In this document: piece by piece, positions 1-9,574 of the stretch
Position numbering within the stretch: the stretch's first letter is position 1
Layout: each line of letters starts with the position of its first letter
Assembly (NCBI GenBank): GCA_020184695.1
Contig: JAANOX010000246.1
Location: 62,001 to 126,000 of the forward strand
DNA: 64,000 nucleotides
Direction: 5' to 3'
Origin: Histomonas meleagridis 2922-C6/04-290x
Taxonomy: Eukaryota > Protista > Parabasalia
The notes under the pieces: model-generated
What the model saw: the letters and a program-made list of their open reading frames with translations, nothing else
Databases searched by the model: none
What the model was told of the DNA's origin: nothing
Position numbers and translations under genes: made by a program

Positions 1-494
1 TCTTCCAATATTTGTAAGTGAAGCATTAAAATAGCGAAAATAGAAAATGTTAATAAAATCCAATTGAAGAACATGAGTAATATTCCGATATAAACACAAT
101 CAAATGCCAAGAATGCTGGATTTCGACTGATTCCATAAATACCATTGGTAACCATTTCAGTTTTATCATCCTCTGCTATGCCAGCTCTCCAACTATCTCT
201 CATAGTTATAACTGATATCGCAAATAAAATGTCTCCAAAAATTCCGATAAAAGCACCAATGGTTACCACTCTCTTTGGCAAGGTCGGTTCGACCAAATAA
301 ATACTTACTAATTCCACCAACACCACTGAATAAGTTGCGATTTTCATTATTAATTCAATAAAAAAGGTTCTATTTTTTTGTTTTCCTTTTGCCATTTGAT
401 CTGTTTTTATCCCTTTTCGTTTTTGCAGAATCATTTTTCCAAAATAAATTGCATAAAACAGTGCAATGATTGATATTCCATAAATTTCCCACAT
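1..494 (-). CDS. Isoprenylcysteine carboxyl methyltransferase/PEMT-family membrane methyltransferase, bacterial-like (3' end runs off the window)
   Basis: Not in the ORF track. Manual translation from ATG at 494 is open to base 1: MWEIYGISIIALFYAIYFGKMILQKRKGIKTDQMAKGK...RDSWRAGIAEDDKTEMVTNGIYGISRNPAFLAFDCVYIG. The LVTxGxYxxSRNPxY-like motif and several TM segments fit the family. Inr-like TCATA at 504-508. Confidence 0.8.
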   Translation of the reverse strand, partial: MWEIYGISIIALFYAIYFGKMILQKRKGIKTDQMAKGKQKNRTFFIELIMKIATYSVVLVELVSIYLVEPTLPKRVVTIGAFIGIFGDILFAISVITMRDSWRAGIAEDDKTEMVTNGIYGISRNPAFLAFDCVYIGILLMFFNWILLTFSIFAILMLHLQILE

Positions 495-744
495 TTTGGC
501 GGTTATGAAACAAAATGAATATAATTTCGTTTGGAGAAGTCGAACATTGATAAAAAGATTAATGATAAACTACCTACCATTTATTGATTTTAAATGCTTA
601 ATTTTTATACTGAATACATTAATCGTAAAAATCAGATTTATATTTTTTAATTACCACAAAATTACTTTAAAATACGAATTCTAAGATGGAAATCAATAAA
701 ATGTAATAAAAATTATTTATTATTTTTTTGTTTATTTAATTATC

Positions 745-3700
745 TTAAAGCAATTGTTCAATTATTTTCTCAAAGAATTGTTGATATTTTTTATTGTCCG
801 GCACTTTGTCTGCTAAACTTTCAAGATGATCGAAAATGTATGGGATAATTGGGCTAATTTCACTTTTCGATTTTAGTAGCATTAAATATAATACATTTAT
901 TTTTGTATCAAAGTTTGGATTATCTGCCTCCAAATCATTTATTATCTTTATTAAAGTTTGTTGATGGAAGAAATTCGAATTTAAGTGTTGCTTTTCTTTT
1001 GAAACCAAAGTTAGCAATTGAATGAAAAACCGACTGTACGATGTCACCTCATCTTTGTTAACGGGCACCTCCAACAACCGAACGATATTAATTTTTGACA
1101 ACGATTCTAAGATTTTCAATGTTGAATTTGGTTGCTTTGCAATAGTGTCCGTCATAAATTTAACAAAAGGTTCGATAGTGGCAAATTGACAATTTTCAGT
1201 ACTTAAGTAATAACTTAATTGATTAACAAATAAGTAAATTGCCTTATCGCTTTTAGTAAACATAGGCCCAGTAATATTACATATGAAATTAACCCATTCA
1301 TTTGGAGCTATTAAATCAATATATTTACCATAAAGTATAATCTTAATAACGTTTTTTATAGTTTTAAGATTTGATAACGATAGCATTTCAAGCAATTTAA
1401 AGTATTGAATTTTGACTTCTTTATTTGTGATCAGTTTCAAAAAGTCAATTAAACTCATATTGAAAATAGTCAAAATTTTGAGAATGGTTTGATCATAATT
1501 CACTTTTGCTAAACTTTGGAATTTATTTCTAGAGATAATATTTAAACGGTCCAAACAACATTTGATTAACGTTTTCTTTTCGTTATCGTTAATAATATTT
1601 CTTGAGTTATGTAAACAATATAAACAAATTTCGATATAAACAATATAACAAGAAGTTGTATCAATAATTTTATATTTCTTAGTAATTTGTTCCAAAAATT
1701 CAATAAGTTTCGAACTTCTTTTCGGAACAAATAATTTTAAAAAATCGCTTAATTCTACGAAATTATTTTCATTAATCCCATTTAATATCGCATCCAACAT
1801 TGGCACCAGTTCATTATATTTATTAAGATATGCATTAAATCTAAATTTCGTCTTGAATATATTAAATAACAATGGGTTTTTCACCATTAACTTAAACAAC
1901 AAAACACATATTAACTTATGGTCATCTTCATTATAACCCGCAACGAGTTCATAAATTAATTCTTCAGTAAATGGAAAACTTTGTATTGCTGGGAATGATA
2001 ATAAGCTATCACAAAACTCTAAGTAATGTGGAATTTTTGTAGGTTTTTGTGAAATTAAATAGTTTATGTACAAAAGTGTAATGTTTGAATTATCAAACCA
2101 ATCGCTATAATATATAATGATATTTAACATTTCATAATAATTCTTTTTAGTCTTTAAACAATCATATAACAAATTTGTGATGTTTTTGTTCTTTTCGTTT
2201 ATGTTATTCGGCCAAATAATTTTCATTAAATTAAACGCTTCTTTACGTTTTTGTATGTCATCTTGCATTAAAAGTTCTTTAATCCATTGAGTGTTCGACT
2301 TTAATTCTTTGTTATCTTTCATTTGTTTAAGTAATTCAATGAATTTTGTTGAGTTATAAAGTTTTGTTGAAAACATTTGTACATATTCAGGTTTAGGATT
2401 TTGTTCCAATAATAACATTAAGAACTCTGGAGTTGAATATTTTAATGATAATTCCATAATTTCTTTTGGTATAGGTTTAGGTAAATATTTAATGTATTCT
2501 TCTTTAGATAATTTAAGTGCGAATTCTAAAAGTTGTTTATTCTTTTGGATTAATTCTTTCGGATCATTTTCAGTGAATATATTTGTACAAAATTCACTAA
2601 ATGAATTAATTTGTATGATTTCATTAATATTAAAGAATGAAATCAAATCAATTTTCGTTTGATTTGGTATTCGTTTAATATTATAATTAATAATATCAAA
2701 TACTAATTCATAATTTACATTATCGATCTCAGATAATAAAAAGATTAAACCTGCAATATCTTCATAATTAACAGATAATTTAATGATTTGCTCTTTAAAG
2801 ATATTTTTGGTTGTAGTTAAATATGGTATAGATACATCATTTTCAAAGAAATATTCCGATGCCTTTTTATCATTAATGAATGTATCAAATGTATTGTTTA
2901 ATTTATATGAATATGTTAATTCAAATAAATACTTATAAAAGTCTTCAGTTCGATCAAAGTTCCATTCATTAGTTTTATTATTTAAGAATTGTTGTAATAT
3001 ATATTGGAAATTAATATTTTTGTTTTGGACTTTTCGATAAATTTTAAGTTTTTCATTTTTGTTATCATCTTTTTCATTATATTTTTCATAATATATGAAA
3101 TTGATTGAATTTAATGGTATATTATTCACTAAACTTGTTGAATCTTTATCACATTTAATATAACTATTTTTATGTTTAATATAAACATTTCCATCAGAAC
3201 ATAAAATTGATCTTAATATATATTTCGTTTTATAGATAGAAAATGTAGAAATATCTAAAAACTCATTAAGAACAAAGTCATTTTGTAATTGTGAATTAAA
3301 TGTTAATGATATTATCTCAGGAGAATTCATAATTACATAATATTTATAAAATAATTCAATTGATTCTTGTACTGAATTAATTGGACTTACATTTAAAAAT
3401 GTTTCTGATTTATATTCATTATTAATATTTATATAAAATATCTCAAAATGTCGTAATATTTGGACTGGTAATAATCGGAAATTATCAATTTTAGAAATAA
3501 TTTGATTGTTAGTATTGAAATATAATGCTGATAAAGATTCTTGTATTTCTTTTGAGAATTTATTTATGTTCTTCATAATACATTGAAAACTTGATAATAT
3601 TTGTAAAATCGATGAATTAGTTTTAGGTCGAATTGATGGAAATTCTTCAATTTTTGAAGTTTTGATAAGTTTATCGAAAAATGACATCTCTGTAGTAGTT

Positions 3701-6030
3701 GAAACAAATCCAAATAAACTTTCATTGTTTTGTTTGTTACGTAAAAATGATGGGAAATCACTTGAAAAATATATTTCCCATAAACTTTGTATGTTTTCAG
3801 GTGTTGATAATATGTTATATAAGAATTGTTGAAATACATTATTAAATTCATTAACATCTGTAAATGTTTTAATATAATGTTTTAATAATTCGATTTTTGT
3901 TTCATCATCAAAATAATTCATTATTAAATTCGAATTATTTGATATTAAAACTGGTTTAAATAAAGTCAAATTCTCTTGAATTTGATTTTCATTTAATAAG
4001 TTAAATGATAATTCCGAAATATTTTGATTTGTATTTATAATACATTTATCAATGAAGTCTTCATTAATAGTTTCAATTTTAATTAATTTACTTAACTTTT
4101 CACAGAAATTATAATTATTTTCTTGACAACATTTTTTATATACATTTAATAATATTTCATTATCAATGTTTTGATCATTTAATTTATTTATTCCAATTTC
4201 TATATCAAATATATCTCCATTAAATAATTCGATTAAATCATTAGTATTTAAGTTATCATTTGTTAATAACATTAAAAATGATTTAGCATTACCTTTATAA
4301 TCAGATATATTTAAATCATTTATATTGATTTGATTAATATTAAAATGTTTTAACATAAATTTAAATCCTTTAAATGAATTATTATTAATAATATTTAAAA
4401 TTTCATTTCGTATTAAAATCGGATCATTTTTTATTTCGTGATTCATTGAGTTAATAATTTCTTCATTAATATATTGTAAAGATATTAACTTATAAAGGAA
4501 ATTACGTTTTGTATTAAATTGTTTATAAGAACTCCATAATAATGAACAATATTCTTTTGAATTCGTATCACATTTAATTAATTCTTCTTCGATTTGATTA
4601 ATTTGATTCAAACATCTCTTCTCTAAGAATTCATAAAACCAATTATCATGTTGAATATATTCGAATAATTGTTCAATCAAATTATCAGTTGGTAAGAACG
4701 AATACTTTTGGAAATGTAATGCAATATCAGTTGAATTTAAATATTCCAAAATATTTTCCGATAATTTCATATATGGAAAATCTTTATCAGGTTTTGTTAT
4801 ATTTATAATTGGACATATGATTGATAAATCATAATCTTTATTATAGTTTAATATAATTTCCGATATTACTTTATTAAAACTTGGATGTATCCATTTGTTA
4901 TTAATTAATTTGAAAAACATTTCATTTATAGTTTCATTATTATAATGAAAAGCAATTTTTAATACATTTTCGACTTTTTCAATATCATTTTGTTCAAAGT
5001 TTGTCATTAGTTTTAATAAAAATATCGCTAAAGTTTCATCACGTTTGTGATTAATATAATATCCAATGTTCGGATTAATATAATCTTTGACATAATTAAA
5101 AAAGAGATTTAGTAGTGAAATGTTACCTGAAATCGCTTTATATAATTTATCATTAAATGATTCAATGTTTTTAGCTTTAAAAAATTTGATGAAATCTTCT
5201 AATAAGTCATAATCAGTAATGTATCCAATGACCTTCTTAAAGAATAGATCAAGTAAATGAGTAACAATTTCTTGTGATATCTCTGGTAATCGAACAATAT
5301 AACGTAATTCTTCTGTAAGATCTTCCTTGTACCCAATGCGATAGAGTTTGGATATATAAAGTTCGTCATATGTTAAACTTTGCGTTGTATTGGTCGAAAA
5401 ATCTTTCATGTATCGATACACTAATATTGGTAACTCTTTCTTTAAATTGAAAAATGATTGGAGCGACTTTATGTACTTTTCTCGATAGTTGACTAATAGC
5501 CATTTGGATGATATTGAAAGAAATTCAAAAATAACAACAACATCTTCATAAACTAAATATTCAAGAACTTTGATAATGACATCAAATCCATTATATATGC
5601 CAAATATATTAACAAAACGTGCTGAGGAGCTATTATCAAAGTCTTCTGATGAAACAAATTTATTTAAAGATGACGCAATTGATAACCTATACATTTGTAA
5701 ATCAATGTAAACACCATTTTTCATTAAGTTATTAAGTTGTACTATGCCTGAAACATTTTGATTATCCTCAAGATGTTTAGCAAAAACATAAAGATATGAA
5801 TAATAATCCATTTTTTCATTCGCTTTTAACAATAGTGGAAAAGCTTCTTTAATGAGAAGATCAATCAATTCAACAGAGGTTTCTTTGAAATTGTCATCAT
5901 CTTGTATAAGAGTATTTAAGAGTTCTTTACTAACACTTTTTAATTGTTGGATGCTTCCATTTTTTGCTGCATCTACTGCTTTGGAAAGTTGATCATATGT
6001 AACTTTATATGTGTTATTAATAAAAATCAT
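745..6030 (-). CDS. Large alpha-helical protein with a degenerate USP (peptidase C19)-like domain, USP9X/24/34-type layout
   Basis: 1761-aa ORF with Inr TCATT at 6033-6037. Segment ~3080-3720 (EFLDIS...KYILRSILCSDG...YIKCDKDST...NFIYYEK) resembles a USP His-box region without GHY, and no Cys box is seen. The CDS is secure; the family call is tentative. Confidence 0.6.
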   Translation of the reverse strand: MIFINNTYKVTYDQLSKAVDAAKNGSIQQLKSVSKELLNTLIQDDDNFKETSVELIDLLIKEAFPLLLKANEKMDYYSYLYVFAKHLEDNQNVSGIVQLNNLMKNGVYIDLQMYRLSIASSLNKFVSSEDFDNSSSARFVNIFGIYNGFDVIIKVLEYLVYEDVVVIFEFLSISSKWLLVNYREKYIKSLQSFFNLKKELPILVYRYMKDFSTNTTQSLTYDELYISKLYRIGYKEDLTEELRYIVRLPEISQEIVTHLLDLFFKKVIGYITDYDLLEDFIKFFKAKNIESFNDKLYKAISGNISLLNLFFNYVKDYINPNIGYYINHKRDETLAIFLLKLMTNFEQNDIEKVENVLKIAFHYNNETINEMFFKLINNKWIHPSFNKVISEIILNYNKDYDLSIICPIINITKPDKDFPYMKLSENILEYLNSTDIALHFQKYSFLPTDNLIEQLFEYIQHDNWFYEFLEKRCLNQINQIEEELIKCDTNSKEYCSLLWSSYKQFNTKRNFLYKLISLQYINEEIINSMNHEIKNDPILIRNEILNIINNNSFKGFKFMLKHFNINQININDLNISDYKGNAKSFLMLLTNDNLNTNDLIELFNGDIFDIEIGINKLNDQNIDNEILLNVYKKCCQENNYNFCEKLSKLIKIETINEDFIDKCIINTNQNISELSFNLLNENQIQENLTLFKPVLISNNSNLIMNYFDDETKIELLKHYIKTFTDVNEFNNVFQQFLYNILSTPENIQSLWEIYFSSDFPSFLRNKQNNESLFGFVSTTTEMSFFDKLIKTSKIEEFPSIRPKTNSSILQILSSFQCIMKNINKFSKEIQESLSALYFNTNNQIISKIDNFRLLPVQILRHFEIFYININNEYKSETFLNVSPINSVQESIELFYKYYVIMNSPEIISLTFNSQLQNDFVLNEFLDISTFSIYKTKYILRSILCSDGNVYIKHKNSYIKCDKDSTSLVNNIPLNSINFIYYEKYNEKDDNKNEKLKIYRKVQNKNINFQYILQQFLNNKTNEWNFDRTEDFYKYLFELTYSYKLNNTFDTFINDKKASEYFFENDVSIPYLTTTKNIFKEQIIKLSVNYEDIAGLIFLLSEIDNVNYELVFDIINYNIKRIPNQTKIDLISFFNINEIIQINSFSEFCTNIFTENDPKELIQKNKQLLEFALKLSKEEYIKYLPKPIPKEIMELSLKYSTPEFLMLLLEQNPKPEYVQMFSTKLYNSTKFIELLKQMKDNKELKSNTQWIKELLMQDDIQKRKEAFNLMKIIWPNNINEKNKNITNLLYDCLKTKKNYYEMLNIIIYYSDWFDNSNITLLYINYLISQKPTKIPHYLEFCDSLLSFPAIQSFPFTEELIYELVAGYNEDDHKLICVLLFKLMVKNPLLFNIFKTKFRFNAYLNKYNELVPMLDAILNGINENNFVELSDFLKLFVPKRSSKLIEFLEQITKKYKIIDTTSCYIVYIEICLYCLHNSRNIINDNEKKTLIKCCLDRLNIISRNKFQSLAKVNYDQTILKILTIFNMSLIDFLKLITNKEVKIQYFKLLEMLSLSNLKTIKNVIKIILYGKYIDLIAPNEWVNFICNITGPMFTKSDKAIYLFVNQLSYYLSTENCQFATIEPFVKFMTDTIAKQPNSTLKILESLSKINIVRLLEVPVNKDEVTSYSRFFIQLLTLVSKEKQHLNSNFFHQQTLIKIINDLEADNPNFDTKINVLYLMLLKSKSEISPIIPYIFDHLESLADKVPDNKKYQQFFEKIIEQLL

Positions 6031-6081
6031 CCAATGAACTGATGAACGTTAAAGAAAAATTGCCAATTTAAAATGACGAGA

Positions 6082-6159
6082 TTTAAACGGTCGAAAAAGT
6101 GTGGAGGCGTGGAACGATAAAGCATTGACCGTTTAATAAAACTGCTTCGACCGTTTAAA
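6082..6159. promoter_or_regulatory. Bidirectional promoter with a perfect 14-bp inverted repeat and three TTAAACGGTC (M3-like Myb) sites
   Basis: TTTAAACGGTCGAA (6082-6095) and TTCGACCGTTTAAA (6146-6159), plus GACCGTTTAA at 6128-6137, lie in the 137 bp between two divergent ATGs. Confidence 0.65.
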
Positions 6160-6167
6160 AACTTGGA

Positions 6168-9134
6168 ATGGAAAAATTCTTAAAATTTACAAATGAAAAG
6201 AGATACAGTAGTAAAACTATTGATGCCAAGTGCATTCAAGAAATTGATACGCCAACAATACAAATTTTTAATACCATTAGAGAAAAGTATTCACTTTATC
6301 CAAATATTCGATATATTTCAATTCGTGAATTAATCAATATTTCCCCACTATGTGACAAGAATAAAAATTTGAACCCTATTGTTTCATTCAGATTTATTTA
6401 TCTAATTATTACAATAGCTTGTGAAAAAATTTCGTTTGAAGAGGATTTAGAAGAAGGAATGTGTGATTACATCATATTCATTTTTAATAAGTTTATTTCT
6501 GATGTAGATTTAACGATTCCTTTTGCTTTACCTTTTATTTCTGCTGTTTTTATTTCCATTTTTAGACTTTCCCGCGCAAAAACGTTTATTTTGAAAGAAA
6601 CCGTTTCTTTTGAAAGAATTCTTTTTTTCCTAGAAAACCAAAATCAAAATATTGGAGAACCAATTAAACTTTCTGACTTTCCAGAACCAGAAATTTTATA
6701 TTTTTGTTTGTCTGTTGATATAGGACAAGTTAATCAAAATAATATTTTCGGTGATATTAATTTTGTCTTAACGATTTCAATATTTAAATATTTAACAATA
6801 TCACTTCAATATTTTAAACCAAATGATGATTTATCATTTAAAATTGCAATTCAAAAATTCACATCAAGTCCATTAACTCGTAAATATGCAAATGAAATTT
6901 TGATACTCTTGTTTGATAATAATGAAAAAGAAGCAATTTCATTTTCTGTTTTTATACAGTTACAAAATTATTTTAAAGCTATAACTAAAGTAGCAAATGA
7001 CACAAATAACTTTAAAAATCCTATTCCATACTTTCAATCCATAACATTTAATATGAATTTACAAGAAATATTAAAAAGAGCAAATGAATATCCAAATATA
7101 TTTATAGAATTTATCAATAAAAACAATGATTTTATAAATATAATAAAAAATATTTCACTTTCAAATTACGGAATTAATTTTATTTTATTATCATTACAAA
7201 TAATGCAAATTGGAAATGTTCAATGTGATGATAATGCAAAATTTATAAAAATGCTTTTTAATAATGAAGATAATAAAACATTTGAAGTTGTTGAATCTTA
7301 TTTATTAAAACAAAAAATTTCTTATTCTGATATTCAACCATTTTTAAAATATCTTAAATATTGTTACAAAAGAATTTTTAATTTCTTATTTAAATTAAAT
7401 TCATCAAAAATTACAACAAAATATATTAAACTTTGCGAAGTTAAAATAAATCAATTTAATGAATTTGATGAATTATATGTAAATTATTTAAGTTATTTAG
7501 AACCTTATGCTTGTCCTTGTTTATATTATGAAAAAGAATTTCAAAAGTTTGATTTAAATGATTTATTAATATTAGAAGAATTTAATGATAATTGTTTATA
7601 TATAAAATTAAATTTTGTACTTTTAATTGATTCAATTTTATTATATATACAAAATCACGAAAATAATATTCCGAAAACTATCAAAATTTTTGCTGCAAAT
7701 ATAAAAATAAATGAAAGATCAGAATTTTTATCTGATGAAATCAAATGGAATCATATTTGTGATGTCGATTTATCAGAAGATCAAATTAAAGTAAAATCAA
7801 AAGTTTTTGTTCCTATAAATTGTTTAAAAATTGTTTTAAATGAAAATTACGAAATAAATAAAAGAAATAAAAATATTTTTAATAAAACAAAATATTTTAA
7901 CTCAATATTTTCTCATACAAAATTTATCATTAAAGGTAAATTATATTATGAAATTACTAATAATAATGAATTAGATGAAGCAATTGAAACTTATAATAGT
8001 CTGCAAAATGAAATACAAAAACATTTATCATATAGAAAGGAAATCAAAGCGAAAATCGAACAAAATATAAATTCAAAAGAAAATTTATTAGAAATTAAAC
8101 AGCAAAATATAATTCCAAATCATAAAATTATTGAAAGTTTAATCCATCAAATTATAACTATTAAAAAATCAATTGAACAATTTCAAAAACATCCAAATTT
8201 AGAACTCGTTGAATATCCAAACTGTCTGAATTGCAAAAAGTTATTTATAAAATATTGTGTAAAATATTTAATTAAAACAAAAACAGAAAATATTAATGAA
8301 GTAATATTAAAACTAATTTATAATAATGAATTGTATAAAGTAACTTCTAAATATTTAATCGAATATTTTAAATATCATTCAAATAAAATCGAATTATTAT
8401 TAAACGAAATTGATAAAACCAATTTTAATAAAAATGTTTTAAATTTATTAATTGAAACATTACAAATTCAAGATGAATACCAAGTAAATAGAATAAGAAA
8501 AATGTTTTTGTTTCTAAATACATTAACAAATTTTCACATTTTAGATAAATTTGAACAAATTTTCACAATAATTTTTAATACTTCATTGGTTAATGATAAT
8601 TTGAACGAATTAGAGCTTTCAACAAAAATTATAAATTATTTGTTATTTGAAACAAATTCACAAAATGTAAAAGACAATTTTATTTCGTTTTATAAGTTAA
8701 TGTGTGTTAAAAGTTTTGTGTTTTATATAAAATATATTTTCGTGTTAATGAATTCTGTGGATATTTCCAAAATTCCAATAGTTTTGTCATTGATTCCCGA
8801 AAACATGTTAAAGGATACAATATCTAATGGAATATTAATAAAAATTATAAATTATTTAGAAAATGAAATAAATTCTTTTATTGAATCACAGAAATTTTTC
8901 ATTCCAAAATTGGATCAATCCCAAAATTTGGTTATTATTTATGATTATCTTAAATCTTTGTTTGATAATGAAAATAATGTTTCACTTCTTGAAAATCGAA
9001 TTCTTAATGAAATGATAAAAATAAACGATTTAATAAAGAAGAATGTAATCATAATGACAGAAGAATTGGATAATATCTGTAATATTATTACCGATATTAA
9101 TTCGAAATGTTCAAATAAAATTGATGAAAATTAA
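6168..9134 (+). CDS. Divergent UBR4/BIG-like protein (partial homology)
   Basis: 988-aa ORF. LEPYACPC...KWNHICDVDLSEDQIKVKSKVFVPINCLKIVLNENYE recalls UBR4 LESDPCLVC...[38 protein letters not shown], followed by a coiled segment and a CLNC motif. Confidence 0.5.
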   Translation: MEKFLKFTNEKRYSSKTIDAKCIQEIDTPTIQIFNTIREKYSLYPNIRYISIRELINISPLCDKNKNLNPIVSFRFIYLIITIACEKISFEEDLEEGMCDYIIFIFNKFISDVDLTIPFALPFISAVFISIFRLSRAKTFILKETVSFERILFFLENQNQNIGEPIKLSDFPEPEILYFCLSVDIGQVNQNNIFGDINFVLTISIFKYLTISLQYFKPNDDLSFKIAIQKFTSSPLTRKYANEILILLFDNNEKEAISFSVFIQLQNYFKAITKVANDTNNFKNPIPYFQSITFNMNLQEILKRANEYPNIFIEFINKNNDFINIIKNISLSNYGINFILLSLQIMQIGNVQCDDNAKFIKMLFNNEDNKTFEVVESYLLKQKISYSDIQPFLKYLKYCYKRIFNFLFKLNSSKITTKYIKLCEVKINQFNEFDELYVNYLSYLEPYACPCLYYEKEFQKFDLNDLLILEEFNDNCLYIKLNFVLLIDSILLYIQNHENNIPKTIKIFAANIKINERSEFLSDEIKWNHICDVDLSEDQIKVKSKVFVPINCLKIVLNENYEINKRNKNIFNKTKYFNSIFSHTKFIIKGKLYYEITNNNELDEAIETYNSLQNEIQKHLSYRKEIKAKIEQNINSKENLLEIKQQNIIPNHKIIESLIHQIITIKKSIEQFQKHPNLELVEYPNCLNCKKLFIKYCVKYLIKTKTENINEVILKLIYNNELYKVTSKYLIEYFKYHSNKIELLLNEIDKTNFNKNVLNLLIETLQIQDEYQVNRIRKMFLFLNTLTNFHILDKFEQIFTIIFNTSLVNDNLNELELSTKIINYLLFETNSQNVKDNFISFYKLMCVKSFVFYIKYIFVLMNSVDISKIPIVLSLIPENMLKDTISNGILIKIINYLENEINSFIESQKFFIPKLDQSQNLVIIYDYLKSLFDNENNVSLLENRILNEMIKINDLIKKNVIIMTEELDNICNIITDINSKCSNKIDEN

Positions 9135-9396
9135 TAGCTATATCGTGATATAGCTATATCATATATGAAAGCTCAAAATCATTCAAATGATGATTTTCCT
9201 GTATATCTTGCTCATTAATTGAAGTTATTAGGCATAATACGAAGTGGCGATTATGTTTTTAATAAAACGGACATATCATAATTAGCATTTGTTAAAAACA
9301 GAAGATTTGTCTATGAAGGCATATTACATGTCCAAAGGAGAAAATTTTTACATAAGCACTCAATACGTAAGTTTCAGCCAATAATATGAACAATTT

Positions 9397-9512
<116 letters not shown>

Positions 9513-9574
9513 ATTCATACAACTATTTTTAATAAAAATTTTTTGTTTTTCTTTCTTCGCTTTTTATAATTTTA

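Noticed and set aside
496-684. 62-aa + strand ORF
   Set aside because: Non-ATG start, AT-rich, and overlaps the promoter of the methyltransferase gene.
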